Positions 1-9,880 of a stretch of 64,000 bases of DNA are shown here, in pieces. Location of the stretch: NCBI GenBank assembly GCA_028286685.1, contig JAQBRA010000005.1:80726-144725 (forward strand), in the 5' to 3' direction. Origin of the DNA: Candidatus Adlerbacteria bacterium (GTDB lineage Bacteria > Patescibacteriota > Minisyncoccia > Phycocordibacterales > SBAW01). Below the pieces are notes generated by a model that worked only from the letters and a program-made list of their open reading frames with translations, was not told the DNA's origin and made no database searches. Position 1 is the first letter of the stretch. Each line of letters begins with the position of its first letter. Made by a program: the position numbers and the translations under genes.

Positions 1-559
1 AGAAGCGCTCCGAGGTAACGTAGTAAACCTTGCGGTCCGGGGCCTGCATCCTGAAGTGGTTCCCTATCGCCTGTATTAGGTGGGTTTTGCCCAATCCGGT
101 CGGTCCATATATAAGAAGCGGGTTGTAGGCGATGCCCGGCTTACGCACCACTGCTTGAGCGGCCGCATGGGCTAGCTCATTAAAGGGTCCAACCACGAGG
201 GAAGAGAACATAAACCTGGGGTTAAGACTCGTTTTCTGATGCACCGGCTCCAAAGCCAGCTCGGTGGGCGGCGGCGGGATAGTCCGGGGCTCCTCTTGTG
301 CGCGCTTCTGGCCGCGCGATATGACGTACTCGACATTGCGGACGCTGTCGGAGAGCATGCGCAGAGAGCGCACGATGTCCTTATGAAACTTGGTGGAAAG
401 CCAGTCGCGGGCGAATTGCGAGGGTACGCCGAGAAATACCGAGCCGTCCTCTACCCTTACGATGTGAGTATCCTTAAACCACGTGTTGAAATTGGGCTTT
501 GATATGGAGAGTTCTAGCTCTACCAACGCGTTTTCCCAAAGTTCTTTAGTGGTAGTCAT
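1..559 (-). CDS. dnaA: Chromosomal replication initiator DnaA (5' part; runs off the window)
   Basis: Manual translation from ATG at 559: MTTTKELWENALVELELSISKPNFNTWFKD...NPLLIYGPTGLGKTHLIQAIGN (domain I and Walker A); divergent from rpmH. Confidence 0.96.
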   Translation of the reverse strand, partial: MTTTKELWENALVELELSISKPNFNTWFKDTHIVRVEDGSVFLGVPSQFARDWLSTKFHKDIVRSLRMLSDSVRNVEYVISRGQKRAQEEPRTIPPPPTELALEPVHQKTSLNPRFMFSSLVVGPFNELAHAAAQAVVRKPGIAYNPLLIYGPTGLGKTHLIQAIGNHFRMQAPDRKVYYVTSERF

Positions 560-588
560 GGAAGAAGTACCAAGTAAGGATACTCGTG

Positions 589-648
589 TGTGGATAACTC
601 GTCAAAAAAGGCGATTAAGTGCATAAGGTGTGGAAAAACAGGGGATAA
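589..648. promoter_or_regulatory. DnaA-box cluster, candidate oriC element
   Basis: TGTGGATAA (589-597, perfect), TGTGGAAAA (629-637) and AGGGGATAA (640-648) in the dnaA-rpmH intergenic region. Confidence 0.7.
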
Positions 649-734
649 CTCTTTGTTGACAGGGTTTGGCGGCAAAAAAGCCCCTAGTTGGGACCCAATT
701 GTACTTGGGGCATCTGTTGTGTTATTGTTTCTCC

Positions 735-869
735 ATGTCGCAAACATACCAGCCAAAAAAGCGCAAAAGGGCCCGTGCACACGGGTTCCTCAAGCGTAAT
801 GCTACTCCGGCAGGCCGCCAGATCCTTAAGCGCCGCGCCCGCCGCGGTCGTGCCCGCTTGTCGGTCTAA
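735..869 (+). CDS. rpmH: 50S ribosomal protein L34
   Basis: MSQTYQPKKRKRARAHGFLKRNATPAGRQILKRRARRGRARLSV; canonical position. Confidence 0.97.
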   Translation: MSQTYQPKKRKRARAHGFLKRNATPAGRQILKRRARRGRARLSV

Positions 870-872
870 TCC

Positions 873-1166
873 ATGCTGCCCAAGCTCTCTCGGCTTACTG
901 CCCTTGAGGTGCGCCAGGTCATAAAAGAGGGGCGCTCAGCCAGGGTTGAGGGCCTTTCTATAAAACATATAGCCGCCCCAGTTCCCAAGGCGGCCGTAGT
1001 GGTAAGCAAGAAGGTTGCTCCGGGGGCTGTCGAGCGCAATCGGCTGCGCCGCCTCATTTACAGCAGCCTCCCCTCCCCCCTCCCGAGCGCCCATATGGTA
1101 TTCTTTGTCCAATCGCCCGCAGTTGAGCCAGAGCAGGTTGCCAAACTATGTTCACAACTTTCCTAG
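873..1166 (+). CDS. rnpA: Ribonuclease P protein component
   Basis: VVSKKVAPGAVERNRLRR (RNR motif); follows rpmH. Confidence 0.92.
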   Translation: MLPKLSRLTALEVRQVIKEGRSARVEGLSIKHIAAPVPKAAVVVSKKVAPGAVERNRLRRLIYSSLPSPLPSAHMVFFVQSPAVEPEQVAKLCSQLS

Positions 1167-1855
1167 TACAGCCTATCTACAACCTGTTCGTCTTCCTCTT
1201 GGGCCTTATGCCTCAGGGCGATGCTGGCTTGGCCATTGTGGCTCTCACTCTCTTTATGCGCGCAGTGCTCTACCCGATCTTTACTGCCTCCATCCGCACC
1301 CAGATGGGCATGCAGGCCATGCAGCCGGAGCTCGATGCGGCTCTCGAGAAATATAAGGACGACAAGGAGGCGCTGACCCGCGAGCGCATGGCGCTCCTCA
1401 AGAAGCACAAGGTTAACCCGTTTGCGGGCTTCGGCGCGCTTATCGTGCAGCTGGTGGTGCTTGTGGCGCTTTACTTTGCGCTCTTCCGCGAGGGATTCCC
1501 GGCAATACACACTGAGCTTCTCTACAGCTTCGTAAGCGTCCCGGCGCAGGTGTCGACGGCCTTCTTTGGGCTTATGGACCTCTTGGCGCCCAAAAACATC
1601 GTGCTGGCGCTTTTGGTGGGTGCGACCCAGTACCTTGCTATACGCCTCACGCTGCGCCGTACCCCTGCCCCGACGCATCCGGACAAGGAAGCGGCTCATC
1701 GGCTGCAGTCGCAGATGATGCTCTACTTCATGCCGGCGCTTATGGCCGGAGTCTCATACTTTTTCCCGGCTGCGGTCGGCATCTACTTTGTTACCGGCAA
1801 CCTCGTATCCCTTTTCCAGGAGTGGATGCTGATGCGCGGCAAAAAGCAGAACTAA
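1148..1855 (+). CDS. yidC: Membrane protein insertase YidC/Oxa1 (short form)
   Basis: GLAIVALTLFMRAVLYP...MQPEL...KHKVNPFAG, PAAVGIYFVTGNL; synteny. Confidence 0.93.
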   Translation: MFTTFLVQPIYNLFVFLLGLMPQGDAGLAIVALTLFMRAVLYPIFTASIRTQMGMQAMQPELDAALEKYKDDKEALTRERMALLKKHKVNPFAGFGALIVQLVVLVALYFALFREGFPAIHTELLYSFVSVPAQVSTAFFGLMDLLAPKNIVLALLVGATQYLAIRLTLRRTPAPTHPDKEAAHRLQSQMMLYFMPALMAGVSYFFPAAVGIYFVTGNLVSLFQEWMLMRGKKQN

Positions 1856-1907
1856 AAAACAGGAGCGTCCACTGTCTCCTGCAGCCGTTGTGGTTTATAG
1901 TGGGCTT

Positions 1908-2372
1908 ATGGAGTCCTCCTTGCTTAAAGACTTTGTAGCGGAGCTTTTGGATAAGCTAGGGCTTGAGCCTTCCTCGGTTTCGGTTACCTCCGGCCACCGC
2001 ACCGTTGTCGCGGTCGAGCTAGAAGACCCCGCTCCCCTCTTGGGCCAAGAAGGCGAAGCTTTGCGCGCGCTCAACTCAATCGCCAAGCGCATGATTGAAA
2101 AAAGCCACGGCGAGGAGGGCGCAGCTTTCCTTATAGACGTAAACGGGCACCACGAGTCGCAAATGGACCGCGTGCGCGATGCTGCGCGCGTCCTGGCGCA
2201 ACGCACGCGCCTCTTTAGGCAGGACGTCGAAATGCCTCCCCTCTCCGCCTACGAGCGCCTGGTAGTGCACGAGCTGTTTGCTGAAGATCCGGATATAACA
2301 ACCGAGTCTGCGGGCGAGGGCAAGCTGCGCCACATCGTCCTTAAGCATAAAAGCCCGGGCAAAAAATCCTAA
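1908..2372 (+). CDS. jag: Jag/KhpB-like KH + R3H RNA-binding protein
   Basis: LLGQEGEALRAL (KH) and PLSAYERLVVH (R3H); follows yidC; TATAGT 6 nt upstream of ATG 1908. Confidence 0.88.
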   Translation: MESSLLKDFVAELLDKLGLEPSSVSVTSGHRTVVAVELEDPAPLLGQEGEALRALNSIAKRMIEKSHGEEGAAFLIDVNGHHESQMDRVRDAARVLAQRTRLFRQDVEMPPLSAYERLVVHELFAEDPDITTESAGEGKLRHIVLKHKSPGKKS

Positions 2373-2381
2373 CCCCTGCTC

Positions 2382-3638
2382 CTAGTAGAGCCGCACTCCC
2401 CAAAGGCTCCGCTCTCCCTTTTTTATAAACAGAAGATATTTGTCGTCTTGCGAGATTGTAAGGTTCGTAATATCCGAAGCCTCTCCCCCCTCAGCGCCCC
2501 CTGGGTTTGCAAGTATGGCGGTCAGTCCGGTCGCTAGGTTAAAGACCACAATCGAGTCTATGCTCGAGCCGGTACCTTGGTGCAAGAGATCTATGTAGTT
2601 GGTCGGCAAGTACGAAAGTGATACCGCGCAATACATGACGCTCACCTGGGTCCGGCTCCAGGCGCATTTTTCCGGAATAGGGTCAAAGGATAGCGGCCGG
2701 TCGAGATTTGTTTTGGTGTCGTGCGTATAGGTTGTGCGCGCATTTTCCGTAGCGCTCTGGTATACAACCTGGCTAAAAAAGCTGTCGGCAGTGGTGGTAA
2801 GTCCTGGTGCGTACAGGATTGGCGCGGTGGCACCGGTCGTGGCATTAACGGAAAATGCTATGCCCGCGAGTCCCGTAGCTGCTTTAGAAGTAACCATAAG
2901 GGTGGACTGGGTCGGCCACGACAGCAGTACCTGGGAGAGCGGGAGAGAAAAGAGTCGTGTGGTATTAGTACCGTCTGCTCGTGCAACATAGCCGTCGACA
3001 CCGCCTGGGGCTGCCAGCAAATAAGCCAGGGAGCGTCCGTCTGGAGATGCGACAATATCGATTATGTCGTTAGGCAGGAATTGTATCCGTACCGGAGCGG
3101 GCGTGCTGGATGTGGTGCTTGCCAAGGGGAAGTTCAAGAGCACGGTCTTAATCGTAGATCCTTCGATGTACTGCATGGTGGCGCCGGCTGCGCGGGTGCG
3201 CCCGGCGTCCTGCTGCAGCTCCCACGCTACTCGCGCTACGCCCGGTATGGTCGTGTTGGAGGAGGCGCGCGCGACCGAGCCCGGGCTATCGATGGCCAAG
3301 TCGAGCACATGGCCGTTTTCCTGCTTTACGAAGCGCGCGATAGTTGTCGTGGGTCGCAGCTCCTGCATAAAGGTGGCGCCGGCAATCGGTCCGTCGCTTA
3401 TCTTAAATACTTTCTGCTGCGACACGGGCGAGGGTATCGCCTCGTTGGCGTTAGTTGATCCCACAACACTATTGGCACCCACCGAAGTCTGTGAGTTAAA
3501 CGAGCCCGTCTGCTGCGGAGTCTCCGTTGGGGTGAGTTCCGGCGTGGAGCGGAAAAAGAAGAACCACGCTACGAGCATGACAAAAAGTATTCCTCCGATA
3601 ATTTCTACTACCAGTTTCCAATTAAAATTAGACTTCAT
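2382..3638 (-). CDS. Membrane-anchored exported protein, TolB/beta-propeller-like repeats
   Basis: N-terminal TM segment; SPDGRSLAY and SQDDKYLLF repeats; start overlaps the upstream stop. Confidence 0.7.
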   Translation of the reverse strand: MKSNFNWKLVVEIIGGILFVMLVAWFFFFRSTPELTPTETPQQTGSFNSQTSVGANSVVGSTNANEAIPSPVSQQKVFKISDGPIAGATFMQELRPTTTIARFVKQENGHVLDLAIDSPGSVARASSNTTIPGVARVAWELQQDAGRTRAAGATMQYIEGSTIKTVLLNFPLASTTSSTPAPVRIQFLPNDIIDIVASPDGRSLAYLLAAPGGVDGYVARADGTNTTRLFSLPLSQVLLSWPTQSTLMVTSKAATGLAGIAFSVNATTGATAPILYAPGLTTTADSFFSQVVYQSATENARTTYTHDTKTNLDRPLSFDPIPEKCAWSRTQVSVMYCAVSLSYLPTNYIDLLHQGTGSSIDSIVVFNLATGLTAILANPGGAEGGEASDITNLTISQDDKYLLFIKKGERSLWGVRLY

Positions 3639-4512
3639 TTCCGTTTGCGCATAAGCATTGCCAGTCATTGCTGGTTGGATAATGTACGGTGCAGATTTGG
3701 GTGCCGCTGCTCTGATTCTGGCAATCGTTAACCTTTTTATTGTTTATTGCCTCTGCAGTTTGCTGGGGGGTGATTTGTTGTATCGCGTTCTGCCCGGAAG
3801 TGATCGAGCTTAAGTTGAGCTTGAAGGTAACCAATTCAGGATTGATAGTATTGAGTATAAGGTACGAAGACATAAGGAGAACGATGGCCCACATGGCGCC
3901 GCGGATGCGTCCCAATGCCTTAGTCTTGTTGCCCACCACATCAGAAAACATGTAGGTAAGCGCGCCTAAGACGAGCATAACGACTGCAAGTGTGGCCCCT
4001 GCCCCCAAGAGGAGCTGGAACGAGCTTGTTATCAGGCTTTGGAAGGAACCCTGCCCCTGATTGGGGCCGTAGATATTAGGGAGTCCTGGCAAGGGCTCGA
4101 GCGGGATATAGGTGCATTTTCCGCCCTGACAAAAAGCATTGGGATTTATTGGTTGCGTTTGTGTTTGAGTGGTGGGAGTGGTTGCACTTGGGTTTTTTAT
4201 GTCCGTAAGCGAACCGGTGTAGCCAGTTTCTTTGGCACACTGGGAAAAATGTGTTTGTTCCGAGATAAGCAACCCCCCGGTCTTCATGCACTCAGTAACT
4301 TTTTGAGCTGTCGATGCTGAGTTGCTGGGCGTTGGGACGCATCCCCCTTTTTCCCAAAACCAAAATCCTCCAGTACTCGAGTAGGTCTGTCCATCGGCAC
4401 ACGTATAGTCGGTGGCTGCAGGGGTTGGGCTAATGAATGTTGGATTAAACTGAGCCTGGGCAATATGGCCCGCAGGCAAAAGAAGCAAGGCGAGTATTAA
4501 AAATTTTTTCAT
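3628..4512 (-). CDS. T4SS pilin-like (VirB2/TrbC-type, CPR form) protein with Cys-rich N-terminal extension
   Basis: Signal peptide; GALTYMFSD...KALGRIRGAMWAIVLLMSSYLILNTINPELV two-TM pilin motif. Confidence 0.7.
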   Translation of the reverse strand: MKKFLILALLLLPAGHIAQAQFNPTFISPTPAATDYTCADGQTYSSTGGFWFWEKGGCVPTPSNSASTAQKVTECMKTGGLLISEQTHFSQCAKETGYTGSLTDIKNPSATTPTTQTQTQPINPNAFCQGGKCTYIPLEPLPGLPNIYGPNQGQGSFQSLITSSFQLLLGAGATLAVVMLVLGALTYMFSDVVGNKTKALGRIRGAMWAIVLLMSSYLILNTINPELVTFKLNLSSITSGQNAIQQITPQQTAEAINNKKVNDCQNQSSGTQICTVHYPTSNDWQCLCANGNEV

Positions 4513-5531
4513 ATACCGAAGAAGGATGCGGTTGCCGAGCCGGGCTGACCGAAAAGTATGCCCAGTACGGTTTGTGCTGCTTGTACCAGCTGGTTTTGGT
4601 TGTTGTTTTGGAGAGATACTTCAAGTGCGGCTGAGCCCGTGCCCGTGCCCGTCTGGCGCAAGGTAAGTATGCCGTGGCTTGAGTCCGGGCCCGCAATTCC
4701 CTCGCCGCTAAGCGTCCACTCATATTGTACTGCCCCGCCGATAACCGATACGCGGGAAAAGTTGTAGGGCTGCGCCGCTATGGTGATTTCCTTAGTACTC
4801 AGCGACAGGGAGCTCGGCAGCGCCAAGTCGTACAAGACGCCCCGCAAGGAGTCTCGCTCGTACAGCACTACTTGCGGTTGGCTCACGGGTATAACTACTC
4901 CCCCGCGGCCCACCAGACTCGTGCCAAAGTAGACATCAACGGCAATAGTTTCCTGCGCCTGCAGCTGATCCCCGTCAAAAGAAAGGGTGTTGCGGCCGAG
5001 TCCGGACTGTGCGGGCAGCGGCTCGTCGTTGCGGGTCCATTGGTACGAAAGGCTCGAAGCGGCAACCTGTGCGTTGTTTATTATGACCATGGGGAATGCC
5101 GCCACTTTAAGCGGAGAACCTGCCGAGTAGAGGGGTTTCCCTCGGTAGAGAGGCGGTGCCCAAGTATCTGCCTCCCATACCAAATTGACCAATGAAGGAC
5201 GAAAAACAAAATCCTTGCCGTATGTGCCTTCAGTCGGAGACTGTATGTCAACGCGTACCTTGGTTATACTGCCCACTGCGCCCGTTATAAAAGAGTACGT
5301 GCGAAGTCCTGCGCCCGACTGTACTACTTGGCCGTCCTTCTTCCAGATAATGGTAGCGTTGCCTAAAAAAGTGCCCAGGCCTTGGGCCTCTATGGTTACC
5401 TGCTGGTTTGGTCCTGGCACATCTGGGGTAATAACGTATTGCACCGGGTCGGGTGCGACCTGGGCATGGGCCCAAGGAGTCGCGAGTAGGAAGCCAGAGG
5501 CTATGGATAGTTTAAGCAGCTTTTTGTACAT
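4509..5531 (-). CDS. Secreted beta-rich (Ig-like) protein
   Basis: Signal peptide MYKKLLKL...AHA; YQWTRN and YEWTLS Ig-like strands; start chosen at ATG 5531. Confidence 0.7.
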   Translation of the reverse strand: MYKKLLKLSIASGFLLATPWAHAQVAPDPVQYVITPDVPGPNQQVTIEAQGLGTFLGNATIIWKKDGQVVQSGAGLRTYSFITGAVGSITKVRVDIQSPTEGTYGKDFVFRPSLVNLVWEADTWAPPLYRGKPLYSAGSPLKVAAFPMVIINNAQVAASSLSYQWTRNDEPLPAQSGLGRNTLSFDGDQLQAQETIAVDVYFGTSLVGRGGVVIPVSQPQVVLYERDSLRGVLYDLALPSSLSLSTKEITIAAQPYNFSRVSVIGGAVQYEWTLSGEGIAGPDSSHGILTLRQTGTGTGSAALEVSLQNNNQNQLVQAAQTVLGILFGQPGSATASFFGI

Positions 5532-6195
5532 AAGATGGTCTCTCGGGAGCCCGGTTGTCGTTCGCCGCCGCGCGTATGCCGTCAAAATTTCTAGTCTGGA
5601 GCGGAATGTGGACGGGGTTTGACGGAGTTGCACTTGCAGTGTGAGTCGCCATATACACAATGGGTTTTACTGCGGCAAGGGCTGTTCCGACTCCTGGTAT
5701 TATAGATGCGACATTGAGTGCCGTCATAAGTTTGGAACGTCCTGTTCCGCCGGATGCTTGCGTTTGGTTGTACGTCTTTATACAACGGTGTACTAATATG
5801 CTCCATCCGGGTACAAAGGCGTTAACCCCCGGCAACATCTCACTACTAAAACCCATCACCACAGCCATAAGAGAAAACCGCCCGGACACCCACAGCATAA
5901 GAATAAGCAGGACGCCAAAGGTACAGCTTATGGCAATGTCTATCGCCATGCCTGCAGGAATGGCGATAGCACTGAGTCCTGCGCCAACGATCCCGCCACC
6001 CACTGCGCACTTAAAGCCTTCCAGCAGTCCGGAAATGACGCCGCTTGTGGCGTTGTAGCAGAAATAGGCTCCGGTCGCTGCGCCCGTCAGGCCGCCTCCC
6101 ATTGGCGTCATAAACTGGAACGCCAGTAGGGTTATAAAGAATATGAACTGCAGAAGATCGATAACTCCGGCGAATAGGCGCAACGCGAGATTCAT
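5512..6195 (-). CDS. Multi-pass membrane protein in the T4SS-like cluster
   Basis: Several Gly-rich hydrophobic segments; EMLPGVNAFVPGW motif; TACAAT just upstream of ATG. Confidence 0.7.
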   Translation of the reverse strand: MNLALRLFAGVIDLLQFIFFITLLAFQFMTPMGGGLTGAATGAYFCYNATSGVISGLLEGFKCAVGGGIVGAGLSAIAIPAGMAIDIAISCTFGVLLILMLWVSGRFSLMAVVMGFSSEMLPGVNAFVPGWSILVHRCIKTYNQTQASGGTGRSKLMTALNVASIIPGVGTALAAVKPIVYMATHTASATPSNPVHIPLQTRNFDGIRAAANDNRAPERPSYVQKAA

Positions 6196-6201
6196 GTACC
6201 C

Positions 6202-8016
6202 CTATTGTACAGCGGCTTCCGCCTTTTGCTTGCGCAATGCTAACACCTGGGAGGGGTCCGAGGTAATGATCTGGTCCTCGGTATATGAAGCGATAACTTT
6301 TATAGCCACGTGCTTGAGTCCCGCGAAGAAGATCCCCTCTCCCACGTCCGATTCCAACAGGAGGTATTTCTCTTCCTCCGATAGGTTAAAGGTCTTTTGC
6401 AGGCTGTCGATAGTGGTTGGCGACTGCTTGAGCAGTATCTGGATCGAGGAGTTGGAGATCATGGGGAGTCCGTACGGCGACTTCAGGAAGTCATCCACGT
6501 CCTGGGTAATGGTAGCTAAGCCTAGGTAGTACTTGCGGCCGCGCTTGGCCATGCCGTAGAGGAACGATGCTGTGTCTTCCGACTTCATCATCCACCAGGC
6601 CTCGTCGATTACCAAAAGGCGCTTCTTGAGGTTCTTGCGGACCGTGTTCCAGATGTAGTGGGTAATGAGGTACATTGCCACGGGCTTGAGGTCGTCCTCC
6701 ATGTCGCGGACGGAAAAGACCACGAACTTCTTGTTCATGTCGACGTTGGTCGGCTGGTTGATGAAGCCGGACCAGGTCCCCTTGGTGTACTTGGAGAGGC
6801 GCTGCACCAGAGACTCCGAGCCCTGCATGCCCGAGAGTACCAGCTCGAAGTCCGACAGCAGGGGTGGTTCGATCTCGGCAAAGTTGGAATCTATAGTTAT
6901 GTCCTTGAGGGCGTACGTCTCTGAAATGGCCTTGTCGATGATGGCGTCTTCTTCCGGAGAGAGGCCGCCGAGCATGATGCGGAACATACCCACCAGCGCC
7001 ACGATGTTGGAGCGCAGGATGTCGGCTGCCGCTTCGTCCTCGCGGGGCGGGGCCAGGTCAAACGGGTTTATGTGGTGCTCGGAATTGAGCGAGATGTTGA
7101 AGTAGCGCCCCCCTACCGCTTGGGCCAGGAACTCGTACTCGCGCTCGGGGTCGATCACTATTACTTCCGTATCGAACATGAGCGTGCGCAATATCTCAAG
7201 CTTGGTCATGTAGGACTTGCCGGAGCCCGACTTGGCAAAAATTACCGAGTTGTAGTTCTCAAGCGAGAAGCGGTCGAAGAGCACCAGGGAGGCATTGTGT
7301 CGGTTAACCCCGTAGAGGATGCCCTTGTCGGACGTAAGGTCAAAGGATATGAACGGGAATATGGAGGACAGCGGCGAGGAGTTGAGCTTGGAATTAACGT
7401 TGAGCTCATCGTGGCCTAAGGGCAGCACCGATTTGAAGCCCTGTTCCTGCTGGAAGAGAGCCGGCTTTACGTATACCAGGCGGCTCTCGAGCATGGATTT
7501 GATCTCGCTTTCGGCCTTGTCGAGTTCTTCGACTGTTGTGCCGTAGATAGTAATGTAAACGCCGACATCGAACAGTTTTTCCTGAGCCTGCTGCAGCTGG
7601 TCGCGCAGGGACTCGAGGTCTTGGTAGGCGGTGTCGAGTATCGGGTCGCGCACCAGCCCCTTCTCCTCGCGGGCCATGATCTGGCTCTGCACCTCGGCCA
7701 CTTTCTTCTGGAACTTCTTGAGTATGTCGGCGGAGTCTATCGGGTGGATGAATACCGATATGTCGAGCACGCGGTCGAGGTTGATGATGGGCGCAAACCA
7801 CGAGTCGGTAAGGACGCGCGGGTAGGACATTACAAAGAAAGTACGCGCAATCTTGTCGCCGAGGTTTATCTCGCGCGGCGTAATCTTGAGCGCCGAGGGA
7901 GCGATGACGTCCTGGAGCTCGAGCACGCCCTGTTTATAAATCTGCTCGGGCATGATCGGCGCTACTGGGGCGCTTTGCGGAGACTCTTTAGATTTGAATA
8001 GGTCAAGGAATGCCAT
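6202..8016 (-). CDS. virB4: VirB4/TraC-family conjugation/secretion ATPase
   Basis: Walker A FAKSGSGKS, IDPEREY, INPFD, Walker B LLVIDEAW, RGRKY, ITQDVDDF. Confidence 0.9.
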   Translation of the reverse strand: MAFLDLFKSKESPQSAPVAPIMPEQIYKQGVLELQDVIAPSALKITPREINLGDKIARTFFVMSYPRVLTDSWFAPIINLDRVLDISVFIHPIDSADILKKFQKKVAEVQSQIMAREEKGLVRDPILDTAYQDLESLRDQLQQAQEKLFDVGVYITIYGTTVEELDKAESEIKSMLESRLVYVKPALFQQEQGFKSVLPLGHDELNVNSKLNSSPLSSIFPFISFDLTSDKGILYGVNRHNASLVLFDRFSLENYNSVIFAKSGSGKSYMTKLEILRTLMFDTEVIVIDPEREYEFLAQAVGGRYFNISLNSEHHINPFDLAPPREDEAAADILRSNIVALVGMFRIMLGGLSPEEDAIIDKAISETYALKDITIDSNFAEIEPPLLSDFELVLSGMQGSESLVQRLSKYTKGTWSGFINQPTNVDMNKKFVVFSVRDMEDDLKPVAMYLITHYIWNTVRKNLKKRLLVIDEAWWMMKSEDTASFLYGMAKRGRKYYLGLATITQDVDDFLKSPYGLPMISNSSIQILLKQSPTTIDSLQKTFNLSEEEKYLLLESDVGEGIFFAGLKHVAIKVIASYTEDQIITSDPSQVLALRKQKAEAAVQ

Positions 8017-8025
8017 ATAGATAGA

Positions 8026-8676
8026 TTACTGCTGCATTTGGGTTACCTGGAGCGGCTTCTCCAGCTCGCCCGGGTTGAAGAGCTTGTAGAAGAGTTCTAT
8101 GACCTCCTCGGTGCCCAGCTGCACGATGCGGACCCCGGTGCGCACCAAGCCTTGTTCGATGACCGATACCCGCTGCTCGAGCTGGGTACGGTACTGCTGG
8201 AACTGCTCGTCGGTGAGGGTGGCAGATGCCGAGGTGCCGCCCGAGAGCATAGAGCTGAAGCCGCCGCGCGAGGCCAAAGCCGGGTCGTACGGCACAACGA
8301 TAAAGAAGTTCTTGGACATTATGTTAGCCCGTTCAGTAAAGTCCTTAATAAAGGCTATGTACTCGCGTATCTGGATGCGCATCAGGTCATCAAGCTCCTT
8401 CTGGTAGCGGTCTTCCAAAAGAGCAATGTAGGGGCGGATATCAAGGGCGCGGCTCTGGACGAAAAATTGCGCCGTAAACTCCAGCGAGTTGAGGAAGTTC
8501 TGAAACTGTCCGATGACGGCCTGCTGCTCGTCTTGGGACTTGAGCGCCAGGTTGATAGAGGAAGCCATAAGGAGCGCGCGCAGGCTGCCGTCTTTTAGTA
8601 TCACAATGCCGTTGCGCACCTCCTTTATGGGGACGAAGTCCTGCGTGGCTTTGGCTTGGGCGGCGTTAGTTGCCAT
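8026..8676 (-). CDS. VirB4-associated (TraC N-terminal-like) protein
   Basis: SSINLALKSQDEQQAVIGQFQNFLNSLEF; lies between prgI and virB4. Confidence 0.7.
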   Translation of the reverse strand: MATNAAQAKATQDFVPIKEVRNGIVILKDGSLRALLMASSINLALKSQDEQQAVIGQFQNFLNSLEFTAQFFVQSRALDIRPYIALLEDRYQKELDDLMRIQIREYIAFIKDFTERANIMSKNFFIVVPYDPALASRGGFSSMLSGGTSASATLTDEQFQQYRTQLEQRVSVIEQGLVRTGVRIVQLGTEEVIELFYKLFNPGELEKPLQVTQMQQ

Positions 8677-8696
8677 AAGTATGGTGGTTCATAAGG

Positions 8697-9143
8697 CTAT
8701 ATTTGGAATCCGCTGCGCGGCGCCGCATCTCCTGCCTGATTGTGGTCTTTTATATTGAGCGACCAGGAGAGGTCCTTGAGCCTGCTTTGAGAGAGTCTGG
8801 GCACTATGAGCGTTGAAGGATCTGCAGCTTTTACTGCTGTGGCTTCCGGTGCAGAAGTCGAGTCGCGCTGCTTCCACAAGTAAAGCTTGTGTCCCAGGGC
8901 GTAGCTGAAGGCGTGCTCAGCGGCCGATATAAGCGGCCTACCGTTGACCTTGTAAAAGGCAAACGCGGTTCCGATGCCTACAGAAAGGCCTACCAAGGGC
9001 AGGGCAAGTATGAGCGGCAGGAGCGTAAAGAAGATGAGCGAGAGCCCTGCTCCGCCGGCCAGGTAGATAAACTGCCGCAGTGTCAGCGGACCAAATATCT
9101 TGTCTTCAACCTCGATAAACTGGGGTACTTGGTACTGAGCCAT
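8697..9143 (-). CDS. prgI: PrgI-family membrane protein (VirB3-like)
   Basis: QYQVPQFIEVEDKIFGPLTLRQF followed by two TMs and NGRP. Confidence 0.85.
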   Translation of the reverse strand: MAQYQVPQFIEVEDKIFGPLTLRQFIYLAGGAGLSLIFFTLLPLILALPLVGLSVGIGTAFAFYKVNGRPLISAAEHAFSYALGHKLYLWKQRDSTSAPEATAVKAADPSTLIVPRLSQSRLKDLSWSLNIKDHNQAGDAAPRSGFQI

Positions 9144-9168
9144 CCCCTATAGTATATATCCACTTTGG

Positions 9169-9858
9169 TTACTCCACAGGTTCGCGATACGGGTCAGCTT
9201 TGTAATTCTGGGGCAAAGTAGGGTCCGTAGCGGGTGAAGCGGCTGGCGCCACAGCCGGAGAGGGAGACGAGGGCGCAATAGGAGTGCTTACCTTTTTCTC
9301 CGAGAGCATTACCTCGGCGGCCATAAGATCAGGCACTACCGCAGGCTTGGGGCCTACGCTGATAGGGGTTAGTAAGGGCGCAACTGCGACAACTTCCACA
9401 GGAGCTTCGGGGGCTGCCGGTTCCAAGACCGGCTTTGCGGCTGAAGGCATCACGACCTGGGGAGTAGAGGCGGGCTCAGGTTGAGGCACAGATACTGCTG
9501 CCGGCGCGGACGCGGGCAATTCCTCCCCTCCCCTTTTTTTCTCGGCCCACGCCTTCATAGATTCGCGTATCGGCATGAAGATGTCATCTGCAACATCTGA
9601 TGCTATTGCGTCCGCCTGAGCCGGCGTTACAAGCAAAGTGGCTACAAGTTGGTCCACGAACTCCTTTGGCTCTGCAAATCCGAGCATGATTAGTATCGTT
9701 TCGTCCTCCAGGTCCCCTATCTGGTCTATATGAAGTCCCTGCTTCTGGCCGATGGCTTGCACTTTTTTACTCAGATCAACCGACTGAATGGCGTCGCGCA
9801 CGTCTTGAGGGAGTTCGGCAAGTCTCTTTTGTACCTGTGCTTCTAAGTTCTGTTCCAT
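9169..9858 (-). CDS. Hypothetical protein with Pro/Ala-rich linker and C-terminal DPYREP motif
   Basis: Helical N-domain, low-complexity middle, YKADPYREPVE end. Confidence 0.75.
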   Translation of the reverse strand: MEQNLEAQVQKRLAELPQDVRDAIQSVDLSKKVQAIGQKQGLHIDQIGDLEDETILIMLGFAEPKEFVDQLVATLLVTPAQADAIASDVADDIFMPIRESMKAWAEKKRGGEELPASAPAAVSVPQPEPASTPQVVMPSAAKPVLEPAAPEAPVEVVAVAPLLTPISVGPKPAVVPDLMAAEVMLSEKKVSTPIAPSSPSPAVAPAASPATDPTLPQNYKADPYREPVE

Positions 9859-9880
9859 AATAATATTATATTAGAACCTG

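Noticed and set aside
4500-4515. Alternative genetic code (TGA=Gly, as in Gracilibacteria)
   Set aside because: TGA acts as a stop in an ATGA overlap at 4509-4512, and conserved genes are full length under code 11.
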